IMG/VR virus record: IMGVR_UViG_3300010167_000013
Direction: 5' to 3' (one strand)
From: a virus
Lineage: Duplodnaviria > Caudoviricetes
Length of the DNA: 64,000 bases
The notes below the pieces were generated by a model, which saw nothing but the letters and a program-made list of their open reading frames with translations, made no database searches and was not told the origin of the DNA. The position numbers and the translations under genes are program-made. Within the stretch, counting starts at the first letter, position 1; every line of letters starts with the position of its first letter. This document shows positions 38,995-48,423 of this stretch, in pieces.

Positions 38995-39118
38995 CACAAG
39001 TTTTACTTGCACACAAGATGAGAATGGGAAACTAACAACATTGGATGAATGTCACTACTGTGAAAGACGTAATAAATGCGACGTGTTCGCCATGATGCTG
39101 AATGATTTACAGGAGTGA
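38981..39118 (+). CDS. small Cys-containing protein (45 aa, not in ORF track)
   Basis: MRNRDTSFTC...CHYC...C; fills the operon gap. Confidence 0.4.
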   Translation: MRNRDTSFTCTQDENGKLTTLDECHYCERRNKCDVFAMMLNDLQE

Positions 39119-39147
39119 TCTCATTGGAGTTTCCAGGAGGGTAATGT

Positions 39148-39546
39148 ATGAAACGAACTGCAATACAAGCTACACTGTACGACCCCAAGATTCAACACTT
39201 CTTTGAGAATTGGGTTATCGAATCAAACCTGAAGATAAAGTTCAACGTTGCCACATACTACATTGAATCAAAAAAGAGGAATAAATTTATCCTACTATTG
39301 AAGATGATTGGATTCAAAAAGATTGTGGACGAAAGAAGAATTCTTCGGGTTCTGACAAATCAGCCCGGGTATCTTCATGGAAAAGATGGAGCGTTGTTCA
39401 ACAGATATCGTACCATATTTACTGACAAGAAACACGTTCGAGATATTGACGATGTTGTTGTGATTGAAGTCAAAGATCAAGAACGTATACTCAAGGGAGT
39501 AAAGCGAAAGATAAACGATATGAACATGGAGTTCCAAATTAAATAA
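39148..39546 (+). CDS. hypothetical protein
   Basis: AGGAGG RBS, 132 aa. Confidence 0.65.
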   Translation: MKRTAIQATLYDPKIQHFFENWVIESNLKIKFNVATYYIESKKRNKFILLLKMIGFKKIVDERRILRVLTNQPGYLHGKDGALFNRYRTIFTDKKHVRDIDDVVVIEVKDQERILKGVKRKINDMNMEFQIK

Positions 39547-39583
39547 AAAAATAAACCGTGGTAATCCCACGGTTTATTTTTTT
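39545..39583. terminator. bidirectional terminator
   Basis: AAAAAAATAAACCGTGG-taatc-CCACGGTTTATTTTTTT. Confidence 0.8.
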
Positions 39584-39584
39584 C

Positions 39585-39980
39585 TCAATAGTCTTCTTCC
39601 TCGTCGTCGTACAACTCATCTTCGAATTCTTTGATGAATTTTTCTTCGAGTCTGGCTTTCTTCTTTTTCTTCATTGAAGAGTTTACCATCAATGCTGTAG
39701 CAACGGTACCCAGCCCAATAAGGAATCTATTACGATTTCTTATTCTGTTCCGATGTACCCTTGTCAGAATAACGTCGATAGTTGCACGTTCCTCTTCTGG
39801 TACAACATCATCCAAGATGATGGCTTCTTGTCCTCTCCTGGAATCATTTAGATCAGGATTCCTCAGCTTCCTAATCACTTGATGGAAGTACCTCTCAGGT
39901 GGTGGAAGAAATCCTTGAGTGACATAATCGACTATGTCATTCGTCTTCTCAAATACAACCTTCTTTGGATTGACTAACAT
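39585..39980 (-). CDS. hypothetical membrane-anchored protein
   Basis: FLIGLGTVATALMV helix followed by basic and acidic tails. Confidence 0.65.
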   Translation of the reverse strand: MLVNPKKVVFEKTNDIVDYVTQGFLPPPERYFHQVIRKLRNPDLNDSRRGQEAIILDDVVPEEERATIDVILTRVHRNRIRNRNRFLIGLGTVATALMVNSSMKKKKKARLEEKFIKEFEDELYDDEEEDY

Positions 39981-40041
39981 CCCACATTCACATCCTTTTC
40001 ATGAAATTTTATAAACTATGTATCACACACAAATAGAATAT

Positions 40042-40102
40042 GGCATCCCTCTCAGGTTCCTGTGGTTAGACAGGCTATATTTCCGATATGCCCTATCGTA
40101 CT
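40042..40102 (-). ncRNA. TnpB omegaRNA (reRNA) scaffold, unusually compact
   Basis: TACGATagggcatATCGGAaatataGCCTGT-ctaacc-ACAGGAA...GGGATGCC follows the IS200/IS605 right-end pattern; loop GGCAT can pair with terminal ATGCC (pseudoknot). Confidence 0.6.
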
Positions 40103-40148
40103 ATTGTGCTTCTAATTTATTACTCCTAGTTCATTATTAAATATATTT

Positions 40149-41279
40149 TTATCCTATTAATCGTAATCCTTCTTTGAGAATATTTTTAGCAGCATTGTAG
40201 TCTCTATGGTGTTGGATACCACAGCTATCACAGGTCCAATGTTTCAGCCTCAACCCAACATCACCACGATTACCACAATTATTACAGGTCGTACTGGATG
40301 GGTAATACCTATCAACTTTCTGTAGTGTTCTCCCATACCACTCGCACTTGTATTCCAGCTGTCTTACTAGTTCACCTAGGGCTGTGTCATATATCGACTT
40401 ATTGATATCCTTGTACTTGGTTTTCATGCTTTGGATATCTAAATCTTCAATACAGATAATGTCATTGGTGTTAACTAGTGAACTAGTAACTTTGTGTAAT
40501 GTGTCATATCTCTGGTTAGTGATCTTCTCATATATTTTAGCTACCTTGATCCTAGCCTTGTTCCAGTTCTTACTACCTTTTACTTTCCTAGACAGTACTC
40601 TCTGAGCATTAGCTAGCTTGAGTTCATACTGCTTCAGATGCCTGTGGTTTTTGTATGTCTTTCCATTTGATGTAGTAATCAGCTTATTGATACCCAAATC
40701 TAACCCAATGGAGTTACCTGTGATAGGTAGAACCTTTGGTTCTACATCAGTACAACAGATAGAACAGTAGTACTTTCCACTAGGTACCTGTGATATAGTA
40801 GCATTCAGAATCCTACCAGAGATGTCACACCTTCCTCTAAACTTTACACTACCAAGTTTTGGTAGCTTGACAAAGTTACTCACTATCTGAATGTTATTAC
40901 CAGCAACATATTTAGTAGTATAGGACATACTCCTGTTCTTCTTACTCTTGAACCTAGGATAGCCCAGAGTGTCACCTAACTTTACTTTCCTGAAGAAGTT
41001 CTGAAAGGCCATATCTAGATTCTGCAGCGATGCCTGCAGTGCATGGGCATCCGGTTCTTGTAACCATTCCAATTCCTTCTTCAGCTTAGTTAACTCCCTA
41101 CTACAGCTATTGTATGTCATATAGCTCTTCTTCTCTTCATAGGTCTTATTCTCTTCATAGGTCTTATTCCTAAGGCATAAGAAATGGTTCCAAATGTACC
41201 TGCAACAACCAAATGTTTTCTGTATCTGTATTTGCTGTGAGTCATTTGGGTATATCCTAAACTTGTACGATCTATTCAT
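40149..41279 (-). CDS. tnpB: RNA-guided endonuclease TnpB
   Basis: YKFRIYP HTH start, GYPRFKSK, RuvC D (GLDLG), E (IEDL), D (HRDYNAAKNI), CxxC..CxxC Zn ribbon; AGGAGGTG RBS before ATG 41279. Confidence 0.95.
   Translation of the reverse strand: MNRSYKFRIYPNDSQQIQIQKTFGCCRYIWNHFLCLRNKTYEENKTYEEKKSYMTYNSCSRELTKLKKELEWLQEPDAHALQASLQNLDMAFQNFFRKVKLGDTLGYPRFKSKKNRSMSYTTKYVAGNNIQIVSNFVKLPKLGSVKFRGRCDISGRILNATISQVPSGKYYCSICCTDVEPKVLPITGNSIGLDLGINKLITTSNGKTYKNHRHLKQYELKLANAQRVLSRKVKGSKNWNKARIKVAKIYEKITNQRYDTLHKVTSSLVNTNDIICIEDLDIQSMKTKYKDINKSIYDTALGELVRQLEYKCEWYGRTLQKVDRYYPSSTTCNNCGNRGDVGLRLKHWTCDSCGIQHHRDYNAAKNILKEGLRLIG
41133..41168 (+). repeat. 18 bp in-frame tandem duplication in tnpB
   Basis: CTCTTCATAGGTCTTATT x2, giving NKTYEE NKTYEE. 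Confidence 0.85.
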
Positions 41280-41301
41280 TATATTCTCACCTCCTACGTA
41301 T

Positions 41302-41345
41302 ATAATATATAATCGAGAAATATGCATATCTAAGAATATATAATT
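41302..41345 (-). promoter_or_regulatory. two tandem phage promoter motifs upstream of tnpB
   Basis: ATTATATATTAT at 41302-41313 and AATTATATATTCT at 41333-41345. Confidence 0.7.
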
Positions 41346-41422
41346 ACGTTTTACACTTCATTAGAAGTCTCCAGAACGAAGACATAAGTAATGACATCCC
41401 AATACCCAAGGAGGTTTCTATC

Positions 41423-42895
41423 ATGCCAAACAATAGATTGAGTGATAATCTACTCAGAGACTTATTTGTCTTTGATGATGAAAATAATCCGAAGAGTAGT
41501 CAGATAAGTAGAATATATCCACCAACAATACTGGATCAGGTATTCGACCATCTACATCCAACTCAAAAAAATCTGAGAGAAATACTTGCTGATCTTCGGT
41601 ATGAGATAATAACAGGTGGACTAGGCAATATCGAATTTCCAGTAACTACAGTGAATGGCAAGAGTGGGGATGTTACAGTAACGTCAAACGATGTTGGTCT
41701 TGGTAGAGTAGACAACACCTCTGATATAGATAAACCATTGTCAGTTCCACAGAGAAGCGCTGTGATGGATATATTGTCAGTCTACAACTTCAATATCAAC
41801 TTGGATCCATTGTATGAACACTTGAAGGATACCACTAACCCGCACAGTGTTTCTGTAGACGATTTGAATCTAAATGACAAATTAGTCAAATTTGCAGATG
41901 CTAGGGTTGGACTTCACAATCTTTCTACCAGTAGTAACACACATCCGGATATCAGGAGATTGCTATCCACATTGTGGGATAGGGTAGATGAGATTGATTT
42001 TGGCAGTTCTTCTGGTGGAAGTAGTGGAGGTAGTGGATCTGTAGCGAGTGATTTAGATGGTCATATCAAGGACAAGATGGCCCATTTCGATTTATTTGAG
42101 GGAAGAGAAAATACCAACAACAAGGCTATGATCTTTACTGCCACAATCGACAACAACCACACGATGTATCCAACTACTAGAGCAGTATCGGATTTTATTA
42201 CAGATAGACTTGTTGCGTTCAAGGATACATTACCAAAGATCAATGAATGGATATCAAATATTCAGGTTATCGATAATCAATCAGAACTTCCTGTTGCGAG
42301 CAGTGACAATTACAGACATGCATATATCATAACCAGAGGTCCAGACCCATTCGAGATCGAGAGTGCAATCGCAGTGTGTAGAAGAGATCCATCCGACATT
42401 TACTTCTGGGATATCAAAGGTACAGAAAATGTATCAATATTTGATCCGAAGTATTTCAAGAAAACGGTGAATGGATTATCGTTGGACATTCCAGCCATCC
42501 TAGATACTGACCCTGATGACGGAGAAGAAACAGTTTCCTTCTACGATGTGTTTCTGCGGTCAGTTCAAATACTTCCAGGAACAATGGACGGTCATATCAG
42601 ATATTCGGTCAACAATGATCCTAGTACAATGTCGGATGATGTAAAGATCCCAGGTCTCAATAGTCTTGCATACAGAGAGTGGATTACAGAGAATGAAATA
42701 AAAGAACTTGCTGTGCATGAAAAACATATTCTGAATAAAGCAGTTACTACTCGTACGATTGACGATAGAGCTGTTATAGCTCCAAAGATTTCATGTGCTA
42801 AGGGGAAGATAATAGGAAACCTTGTGAATAGTACAAGTACAGCTCATGAGATAACACTTGAAGAACTAGCGGACGCACTACGTTCACTAATATAA
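41423..42895 (+). CDS. tail-fibre-like structural protein
   Basis: VTTVNGKSGDV, VGLGRVDNTSDIDKPLS and NPHSV fibre motifs, shared with 56256-59261. Confidence 0.7.
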   Translation: MPNNRLSDNLLRDLFVFDDENNPKSSQISRIYPPTILDQVFDHLHPTQKNLREILADLRYEIITGGLGNIEFPVTTVNGKSGDVTVTSNDVGLGRVDNTSDIDKPLSVPQRSAVMDILSVYNFNINLDPLYEHLKDTTNPHSVSVDDLNLNDKLVKFADARVGLHNLSTSSNTHPDIRRLLSTLWDRVDEIDFGSSSGGSSGGSGSVASDLDGHIKDKMAHFDLFEGRENTNNKAMIFTATIDNNHTMYPTTRAVSDFITDRLVAFKDTLPKINEWISNIQVIDNQSELPVASSDNYRHAYIITRGPDPFEIESAIAVCRRDPSDIYFWDIKGTENVSIFDPKYFKKTVNGLSLDIPAILDTDPDDGEETVSFYDVFLRSVQILPGTMDGHIRYSVNNDPSTMSDDVKIPGLNSLAYREWITENEIKELAVHEKHILNKAVTTRTIDDRAVIAPKISCAKGKIIGNLVNSTSTAHEITLEELADALRSLI

Positions 42896-42919
42896 GTTTT
42901 TGAGGAGAGGCCGTGACAA

Positions 42920-45900
42920 ATGATGATGTACAAGTTGGAGAAAGACATATCCCTCTACAAAAATCAATTCGAAGATCTCGTTCTAAATATCTTCCAACGA
43001 CATCTCATGGAAAGACTGTCTATGGATCTTGATGGGTTGTTATTCAGAATAAAATACATGGTGAAGAACGATAAAGATCTAACGAAGCTTCCAGAAATGA
43101 AAAATCAATTCATTTCAAAGGCGCTAGAACTGAGAAGCATCTTCGGAGAAATCATGTACAATTTTCTGGTTGAACTAGTGGGATTCGGAGATAACTTCTC
43201 GAAAGACGATATCGAAGATCTCATGGCTCAAGATGTGAAAATGGATAATGTTCATGTGAGATTCAAAATGCTACTGTTGTCAGAGAATAAGAATTACCTG
43301 GATTATGTTGATGCCAGTATCGAAGATGGAAAAGTGTTCAATATGTTTCCAGATAAGTTCTTCAGGTACTATGTTGACTCATACAATGATGGGATAGCAA
43401 AAGCATATCCAGAATTATTTGAATCTAGACAACAAGACAGCATTGGTACAGGACATGATTCTGAAGTGTTCGTTCATTCTATGACCCTACAAACAACTGA
43501 GGATTGTAATCTCAACTGCTTTCCAGCTGGGACTAAGATCCTTATGGAAGATTTTTCTCACAAGAATATAGAAGATATAGAATTGGGAGACACAGTATTG
43601 GGGTTTGAAGAATTTAATGAATTCCAGCACCAAAGAAGTTTAATATCTACCATAGTTACCCAGTTATTTCACCATGATGAAAGCTGCTACAAGATTAGTC
43701 ATCCATCTTTTAAAGAGGATTTATATGTTACCCCGGAACATCCAATGCTTACAGCCCGCGGAGATTGGATACATGTCCGAGATCTTCGACCATCTGATGG
43801 GTTGCTAATGACAACATTTGACCCTGATGATTATTATCATACTAATGTTGATCATATCAACTATGTGAAAGGATACTTTATAGCTGGATGGCTCGGAGAT
43901 GGTTGTGTTATGAAACGTACCCAAAAAGATGGATATCGGCGATATTTCATGCGTTTTGTGGTCAAAGATATAGACATGACTGAACGAATGAAACGCTTCT
44001 CTGAAACTCTTGGGTTTAATTTCACAACGAATACTTTCAAGATGTCGCACAAAGATGGCTGTTATCGAGATACTTTATATTCAGGCAAGAGAGATGAGTA
44101 CGAAAGATGGGTCAAGCTATGTGAAGAGACATTTTCGGACAAACAAGCACTGAAGGATCCTGATTTTCTAATGGGATTCATGGCTGGATTTTATGATGCT
44201 GAAGGTGGTATCTGGGGTGCATGTATTAGGATTCACAACTCAGATAATAAACTCCTCCGCATTGTGGAGGCTGGTCTTAATTTTCTGAAAATAAAATGGG
44301 ACTATGATAAACCTCACCAGCCAGCTAATAAAATTGTATACACTCTTCGAATATTAGGCGGGTCACCAGATGTCCTAAAGTTTCTGAAATCCACCAGACC
44401 TGCGATTAAGAGGAAAGGTTCAGTCAATTTAGTTGGTAAGAGTTTATTCCAACGTATTGATGGATACACCATCGAGTATGCAAAATATGCAAAAACAGTG
44501 TATAATTTTGAGACGACGGAGCATACTTATATTGCTAACAGACTCCTGGTACACAACTGTAGCTACTGTTATATGTTCAACAAGAGTGATATGAGAATGA
44601 CCTTCGATATAGCCAAGAAATTCATTGATGAGTTATTGGCAGATAGATATGGTTACATCAATCGGTACAACTCTCCAGCGCTGATATTGGAGTTCATAGG
44701 TGGAGAGCCTCTGCTAGAAATTACATTGACAAGAAAAATCTACGAATACTTTCTGGACAGAACGTATGAATTGGAGCATCCATGGTTTAATCTTCACAGA
44801 CTCTCAATATGCTCCAATGGGCTACAATACTTTGATGAAGAAGTTCAATCGTTCTTCAGGGATTATGCCGGTAGTATATCATTCAATATATCCATAGACG
44901 GAAACAAGGAGTTGCATGACTCCTGTAGAATCCAGCCAAGTGGAGAAGGGAGTTATGATATCGACATGATTGCACTTAATCACTTCAACAGACACCATAC
45001 TCCAGAAAGAAATTCTAAAATGACTTTGGCTCCAGACAACATGAGATACTTATTTGATTCAGTAAAAAGCTTCATCGAAAATGGAATGATGACCATCAAC
45101 CTGAATTGTATTTTCGAGGAGGGATGGAACCAAGAAACAGCTCTTCTGGAATACAATGAATTGAAAAAGGTTGCCGATTACATTCTGGAAAATGATCTGG
45201 AGAATTTGTACATTGCTATCTTCAACGAGAGACAAGAAGATACATCAGAAAAGTCATATGACGGGAATTTCTGTTTCAAGGATGGTACTCAGGTGTTAGC
45301 TATCGATGGCCATCGTAACATAGAAGACCTGAATATCAATACTCTCTTGTACACTGCATCTGGTAGCATTCATAAAATTGTCAACATCAGTCAAAGGAAG
45401 TCTAGGAGTAATATGAAGATACATACTTCTGGAACATTTCCTATTGAATGCACTCGTGATCACAAGATATTTGCAAGAAAGATGATCCAAGAAAAAGGAG
45501 AAACATACTACGAAAAACCAGAATTTTATGAAGCTTCAGAACTTGTCGAAGGAGACTCAATCGCTCTTCCAATTCTAGATCTGTCACAGAATAAAAAGAA
45601 TTGGATAAACAACAACATCGCATATGCTCTTGGGGTATACTTACTATGTGGAACGATTAGTATGAATCGCATTGTGGTACCAGTCGATCCAGATAACAAG
45701 GTAGATGTTCGTGAGCATTTTCAGAGAGCCGGACTAAACATAACGACCGACAGACCTGACAGAGTAGAAATATATCGCCAAAAGTCAGAGCTGAACGATA
45801 ACTTCTTCAAACTATGTCTGAGGGCTGGAATTAGACCGAATGTCAAATCAGTTCCACAGATATTATTTGAATCCAAGAAGGATATAATTCAGGCCATGAT

Positions 45901-47866
45901 CAATGGATACTTCCAGGCAGGCGGATTTCAAGTAGCAGAAGGGAAAAACCATGAAGGGTTATTGAAAATAAGCATCATATCGAGACATCTGGCAAATGAT
46001 TTACTAATCCTCCTGAGATCTGTCAATCAATATCCAATATGCACCATGAGTCAAAAACCAATCACAATTGATGTAGATGGATCTAAGATGTCGTTCGATG
46101 AATCATATGGGATATCATATAACCCAATCAACTCATACCTGAAAGATCATTATGAGATAGATCAAGATCACTATGTCGCATGGGTTGGTATCAGATCAAT
46201 TGCATTTGTAAATGACGAATGGGAAGTTTTCTGTCCTACCGTAATGCCGATAAATGAAGGTGAAAAAGAAGAGCACACTATCATTGCAAACAATGCTGCA
46301 GTGAACCAATGTTTTCGTGGTGACATGCAAGTGTTGACGATCAATGGGAGCAAGAATATCAGAGACCTTCATGTTGGAGAACTATTGTATACTGCATCAG
46401 GTAGTATTCACAAAGTAACAAGAATGACAAAACGGTTCAATGAAAGTAATAGGAAGGTAACAGCAGCTGGAATTTTTCCAATTCATTGCACTGATGATCA
46501 CAAGGTATTTGCTAAAAAATTTCTATATATGGGATGGAAAGGTGTTCTTCACTATTCAGACCCAGGGTTCTACCCTATTTCGGAATTGAAGAAAGGTGAT
46601 AGAATGGCACTACCTATACTTCAATTACCAGAAAAACAAGTAGAAAAATGGTTGACTGAAGAACTAGCATATGCATTTGGAGTATATCTTGCAGATGGTC
46701 ATGGTTACACAGATAGTATAGTTATTACTCCAGGATATGATGACGACAAGAGTTACATGAATATGCTCAGAGGGTCTGGACTAACAATAAGTGTGAGTGA
46801 AATGCGTACCAGCATGAGGTATGATATTCACAAAAATTCATCTGAAGCAAATAGAAAGTTTATCGAACTATGTCTGATGTCTGGTGTTACATCCTGGACC
46901 AAACATATCCCAGAAACTATTTTCAACTCACCAAAGAATATTGTCCAGAAAGTTCTTGATGGATACCTGGAAACTGATGGATGGCAAGTTCCAGAAGATA
47001 AACATATTGCAGGAATGATCAAAGTCAATACGGTCTCTCAACATCTTGCTAGTGATATTCTAGTTCTTCTACGAGCTGTCGGAGAGTACCCTACTTGTTA
47101 CCTAAATAACAGGGCTGGTACTATGATCATTGAGGGTAGAACTGTAAATGTGCGAGATCGATATGAAATATATTATAACCCGACTAGGCCCAATGGGAAT
47201 AATATGTTTAAGAATGATGATCAATATAGTCTGATGTGGACAGGGATCAGAGATATTCAAAATGATGAAAACTATGATGTATATTGTCCTACAGTATCCC
47301 CTCTCACAAACGACCTAAAAGAAGAGCATTCCATAATTGTTAATGGTCTCGGTGCCCAGAACTGCGGCGGGACTGGAGCAATGTTATCATTAAGACCAAA
47401 TGGACAGTTCTATCCATGTATCAGATACATGCCATCTTCTGTTGGAGATAATGTAGATGATCTTTGCATTGGGACTGTGCAAGATGGAATGGTAGGAAGG
47501 GAAGAAAACTCTGAGGTTCTAAAATTATTAGACAGTGTAACACGTAGATCTCAATCTAATGATATATGTTATAAGTGTCCTATTGGAAATGACTGTGCTC
47601 ATTGCTCAGCGATGTCGCAGACAGTTTATGGAACTCCTAACAAAAAAGGATCTTTCATTTGTATTCAGATGATAGCAGAAGCACTAGCAAATGTTTATTA
47701 TTGGAATAGATTGTTGATTCATAAACCTCATTACGATCTTCCAGTTCGCAAGAATAATGTTCCTGACGAATGGTCGTTACTAGTGGTAGATGAAGTAGAA
47801 TTAGAAAACTTAAAGCTTCTTGAATGTATGGCGATGATCAAAAAAATAGAATACAGTGGGACTTAA
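42920..47866 (+). CDS. radical SAM/SPASM maturase (CXXX-repeat-target type) with three inteins; 604 aa after splicing
   Basis: spliced CNLNCSYC motif; FIGGEPLLE; SIDG..HD..R; spliced NFCGGTG...YPCIRY; C-terminal CYKC..CAHC..C cluster. Confidence 0.9.
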   Translation: MMMYKLEKDISLYKNQFEDLVLNIFQRHLMERLSMDLDGLLFRIKYMVKNDKDLTKLPEMKNQFISKALELRSIFGEIMYNFLVELVGFGDNFSKDDIEDLMAQDVKMDNVHVRFKMLLLSENKNYLDYVDASIEDGKVFNMFPDKFFRYYVDSYNDGIAKAYPELFESRQQDSIGTGHDSEVFVHSMTLQTTEDCNLNCFPAGTKILMEDFSHKNIEDIELGDTVLGFEEFNEFQHQRSLISTIVTQLFHHDESCYKISHPSFKEDLYVTPEHPMLTARGDWIHVRDLRPSDGLLMTTFDPDDYYHTNVDHINYVKGYFIAGWLGDGCVMKRTQKDGYRRYFMRFVVKDIDMTERMKRFSETLGFNFTTNTFKMSHKDGCYRDTLYSGKRDEYERWVKLCEETFSDKQALKDPDFLMGFMAGFYDAEGGIWGACIRIHNSDNKLLRIVEAGLNFLKIKWDYDKPHQPANKIVYTLRILGGSPDVLKFLKSTRPAIKRKGSVNLVGKSLFQRIDGYTIEYAKYAKTVYNFETTEHTYIANRLLVHNCSYCYMFNKSDMRMTFDIAKKFIDELLADRYGYINRYNSPALILEFIGGEPLLEITLTRKIYEYFLDRTYELEHPWFNLHRLSICSNGLQYFDEEVQSFFRDYAGSISFNISIDGNKELHDSCRIQPSGEGSYDIDMIALNHFNRHHTPERNSKMTLAPDNMRYLFDSVKSFIENGMMTINLNCIFEEGWNQETALLEYNELKKVADYILENDLENLYIAIFNERQEDTSEKSYDGNFCFKDGTQVLAIDGHRNIEDLNINTLLYTASGSIHKIVNISQRKSRSNMKIHTSGTFPIECTRDHKIFARKMIQEKGETYYEKPEFYEASELVEGDSIALPILDLSQNKKNWINNNIAYALGVYLLCGTISMNRIVVPVDPDNKVDVREHFQRAGLNITTDRPDRVEIYRQKSELNDNFFKLCLRAGIRPNVKSVPQILFESKKDIIQAMINGYFQAGGFQVAEGKNHEGLLKISIISRHLANDLLILLRSVNQYPICTMSQKPITIDVDGSKMSFDESYGISYNPINSYLKDHYEIDQDHYVAWVGIRSIAFVNDEWEVFCPTVMPINEGEKEEHTIIANNAAVNQCFRGDMQVLTINGSKNIRDLHVGELLYTASGSIHKVTRMTKRFNESNRKVTAAGIFPIHCTDDHKVFAKKFLYMGWKGVLHYSDPGFYPISELKKGDRMALPILQLPEKQVEKWLTEELAYAFGVYLADGHGYTDSIVITPGYDDDKSYMNMLRGSGLTISVSEMRTSMRYDIHKNSSEANRKFIELCLMSGVTSWTKHIPETIFNSPKNIVQKVLDGYLETDGWQVPEDKHIAGMIKVNTVSQHLASDILVLLRAVGEYPTCYLNNRAGTMIIEGRTVNVRDRYEIYYNPTRPNGNNMFKNDDQYSLMWTGIRDIQNDENYDVYCPTVSPLTNDLKEEHSIIVNGLGAQNCGGTGAMLSLRPNGQFYPCIRYMPSSVGDNVDDLCIGTVQDGMVGREENSEVLKLLDSVTRRSQSNDICYKCPIGNDCAHCSAMSQTVYGTPNKKGSFICIQMIAEALANVYYWNRLLIHKPHYDLPVRKNNVPDEWSLLVVDEVELENLKLLECMAMIKKIEYSGT
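43517..44557 (+). mobile_element. intein 1 with LAGLIDADG endonuclease (347 aa)
   Basis: CFPAGT...TPEH...AGWLGDG...GFYDAEG...VYNFET...LVHN|C. Confidence 0.95.
45272..46309 (+). mobile_element. intein 2, Gln-terminal, degenerate endonuclease (346 aa)
   Basis: CFKDGT...TRDH...GVYLLCG...GYFQAGG...VFCPTV...AVNQ|C. Confidence 0.85.
46310..47362 (+). mobile_element. intein 3 with LAGLIDADG endonuclease (351 aa), fused directly to intein 2
   Basis: CFRGDM...TDDH...GVYLADG...GYLETDG...VYCPTV...GAQN|C. Confidence 0.9.
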
Positions 47867-47879
47867 TAGTCCCACTGTA
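47852..47879. terminator. terminator hairpin between convergent genes
   Basis: TACAGTGGGACT-taat-AGTCCCACTGTA. Confidence 0.7.
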
Positions 47880-47883
47880 GATT

Positions 47884-48399
47884 TTATATATTTTCTATCA
47901 ACTCATTTGGGTCATCATCCATAAGCTGTTTCAGACTCCATGGTGAGTCTATAGGAATCTTCCTGATATAGTCCACATTGATTCTATACTCTTTAGGATT
48001 CTTCTCTAAGATTCTTTTGAATTCGTTCCTAGCACGTATGTAAGCTAAGGGAGCATCAGTATGTTTTACAATGTTAAGATCTCGATCTTCTGCGTCCCAT
48101 TTCGTTATAATAGTAATCTGTTTACGGGCTTCTTCAATCTCATCAAGTAAGTTACTGTGACCATAGATATTATCACCATATTTCAATTTGAATAAATGCA
48201 CAATGATAACAGTCACATATGATGTAGCTCTATTTCCGTCACTTCTAACGGAAGCTTCAGAATATAATTCTTCATCATATGCTTCATTGAATGGAATACC
48301 TTGTTGAACTGCCTCAAGTGCTCTCTTGATACGACCCAACTCATCAGTAGTTCTATTGAGTCTATCCAATGCTTCTAGTAGCATTTCCTTTTCATTCAT
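47884..48399 (-). CDS. DUF29-like protein
   Basis: IIVHLFKLKY and C-terminal PWSLKQLMDDD resemble DUF29. Confidence 0.5.
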   Translation of the reverse strand: MNEKEMLLEALDRLNRTTDELGRIKRALEAVQQGIPFNEAYDEELYSEASVRSDGNRATSYVTVIIVHLFKLKYGDNIYGHSNLLDEIEEARKQITIITKWDAEDRDLNIVKHTDAPLAYIRARNEFKRILEKNPKEYRINVDYIRKIPIDSPWSLKQLMDDDPNELIENI

Positions 48400-48423
48400 T
48401 TAACAACCCTCCTACTATATTTA

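Larger units (their letters stand above)
40042..41339 (-). mobile_element. tnpB-only IS200/IS605-family (IS1341-like) element inserted in a phage promoter
   Basis: tnpB plus right end, no tnpA; 7 bp ATATTCT at both junctions (41333-41339 and 40035-40041). Confidence 0.65.

Noticed and set aside
40149-41279. TnpB as a nuclease-dead TldR-type repressor or a Cas12f with an array
   Set aside because: All three RuvC acidic residues are present and there is no CRISPR array
45272-47362. Tandem inteins as an assembly duplication, or as class 3 inteins
   Set aside because: The copies are clearly diverged, not identical; both retain Cys1, so the block-F Cys alone does not make them class 3
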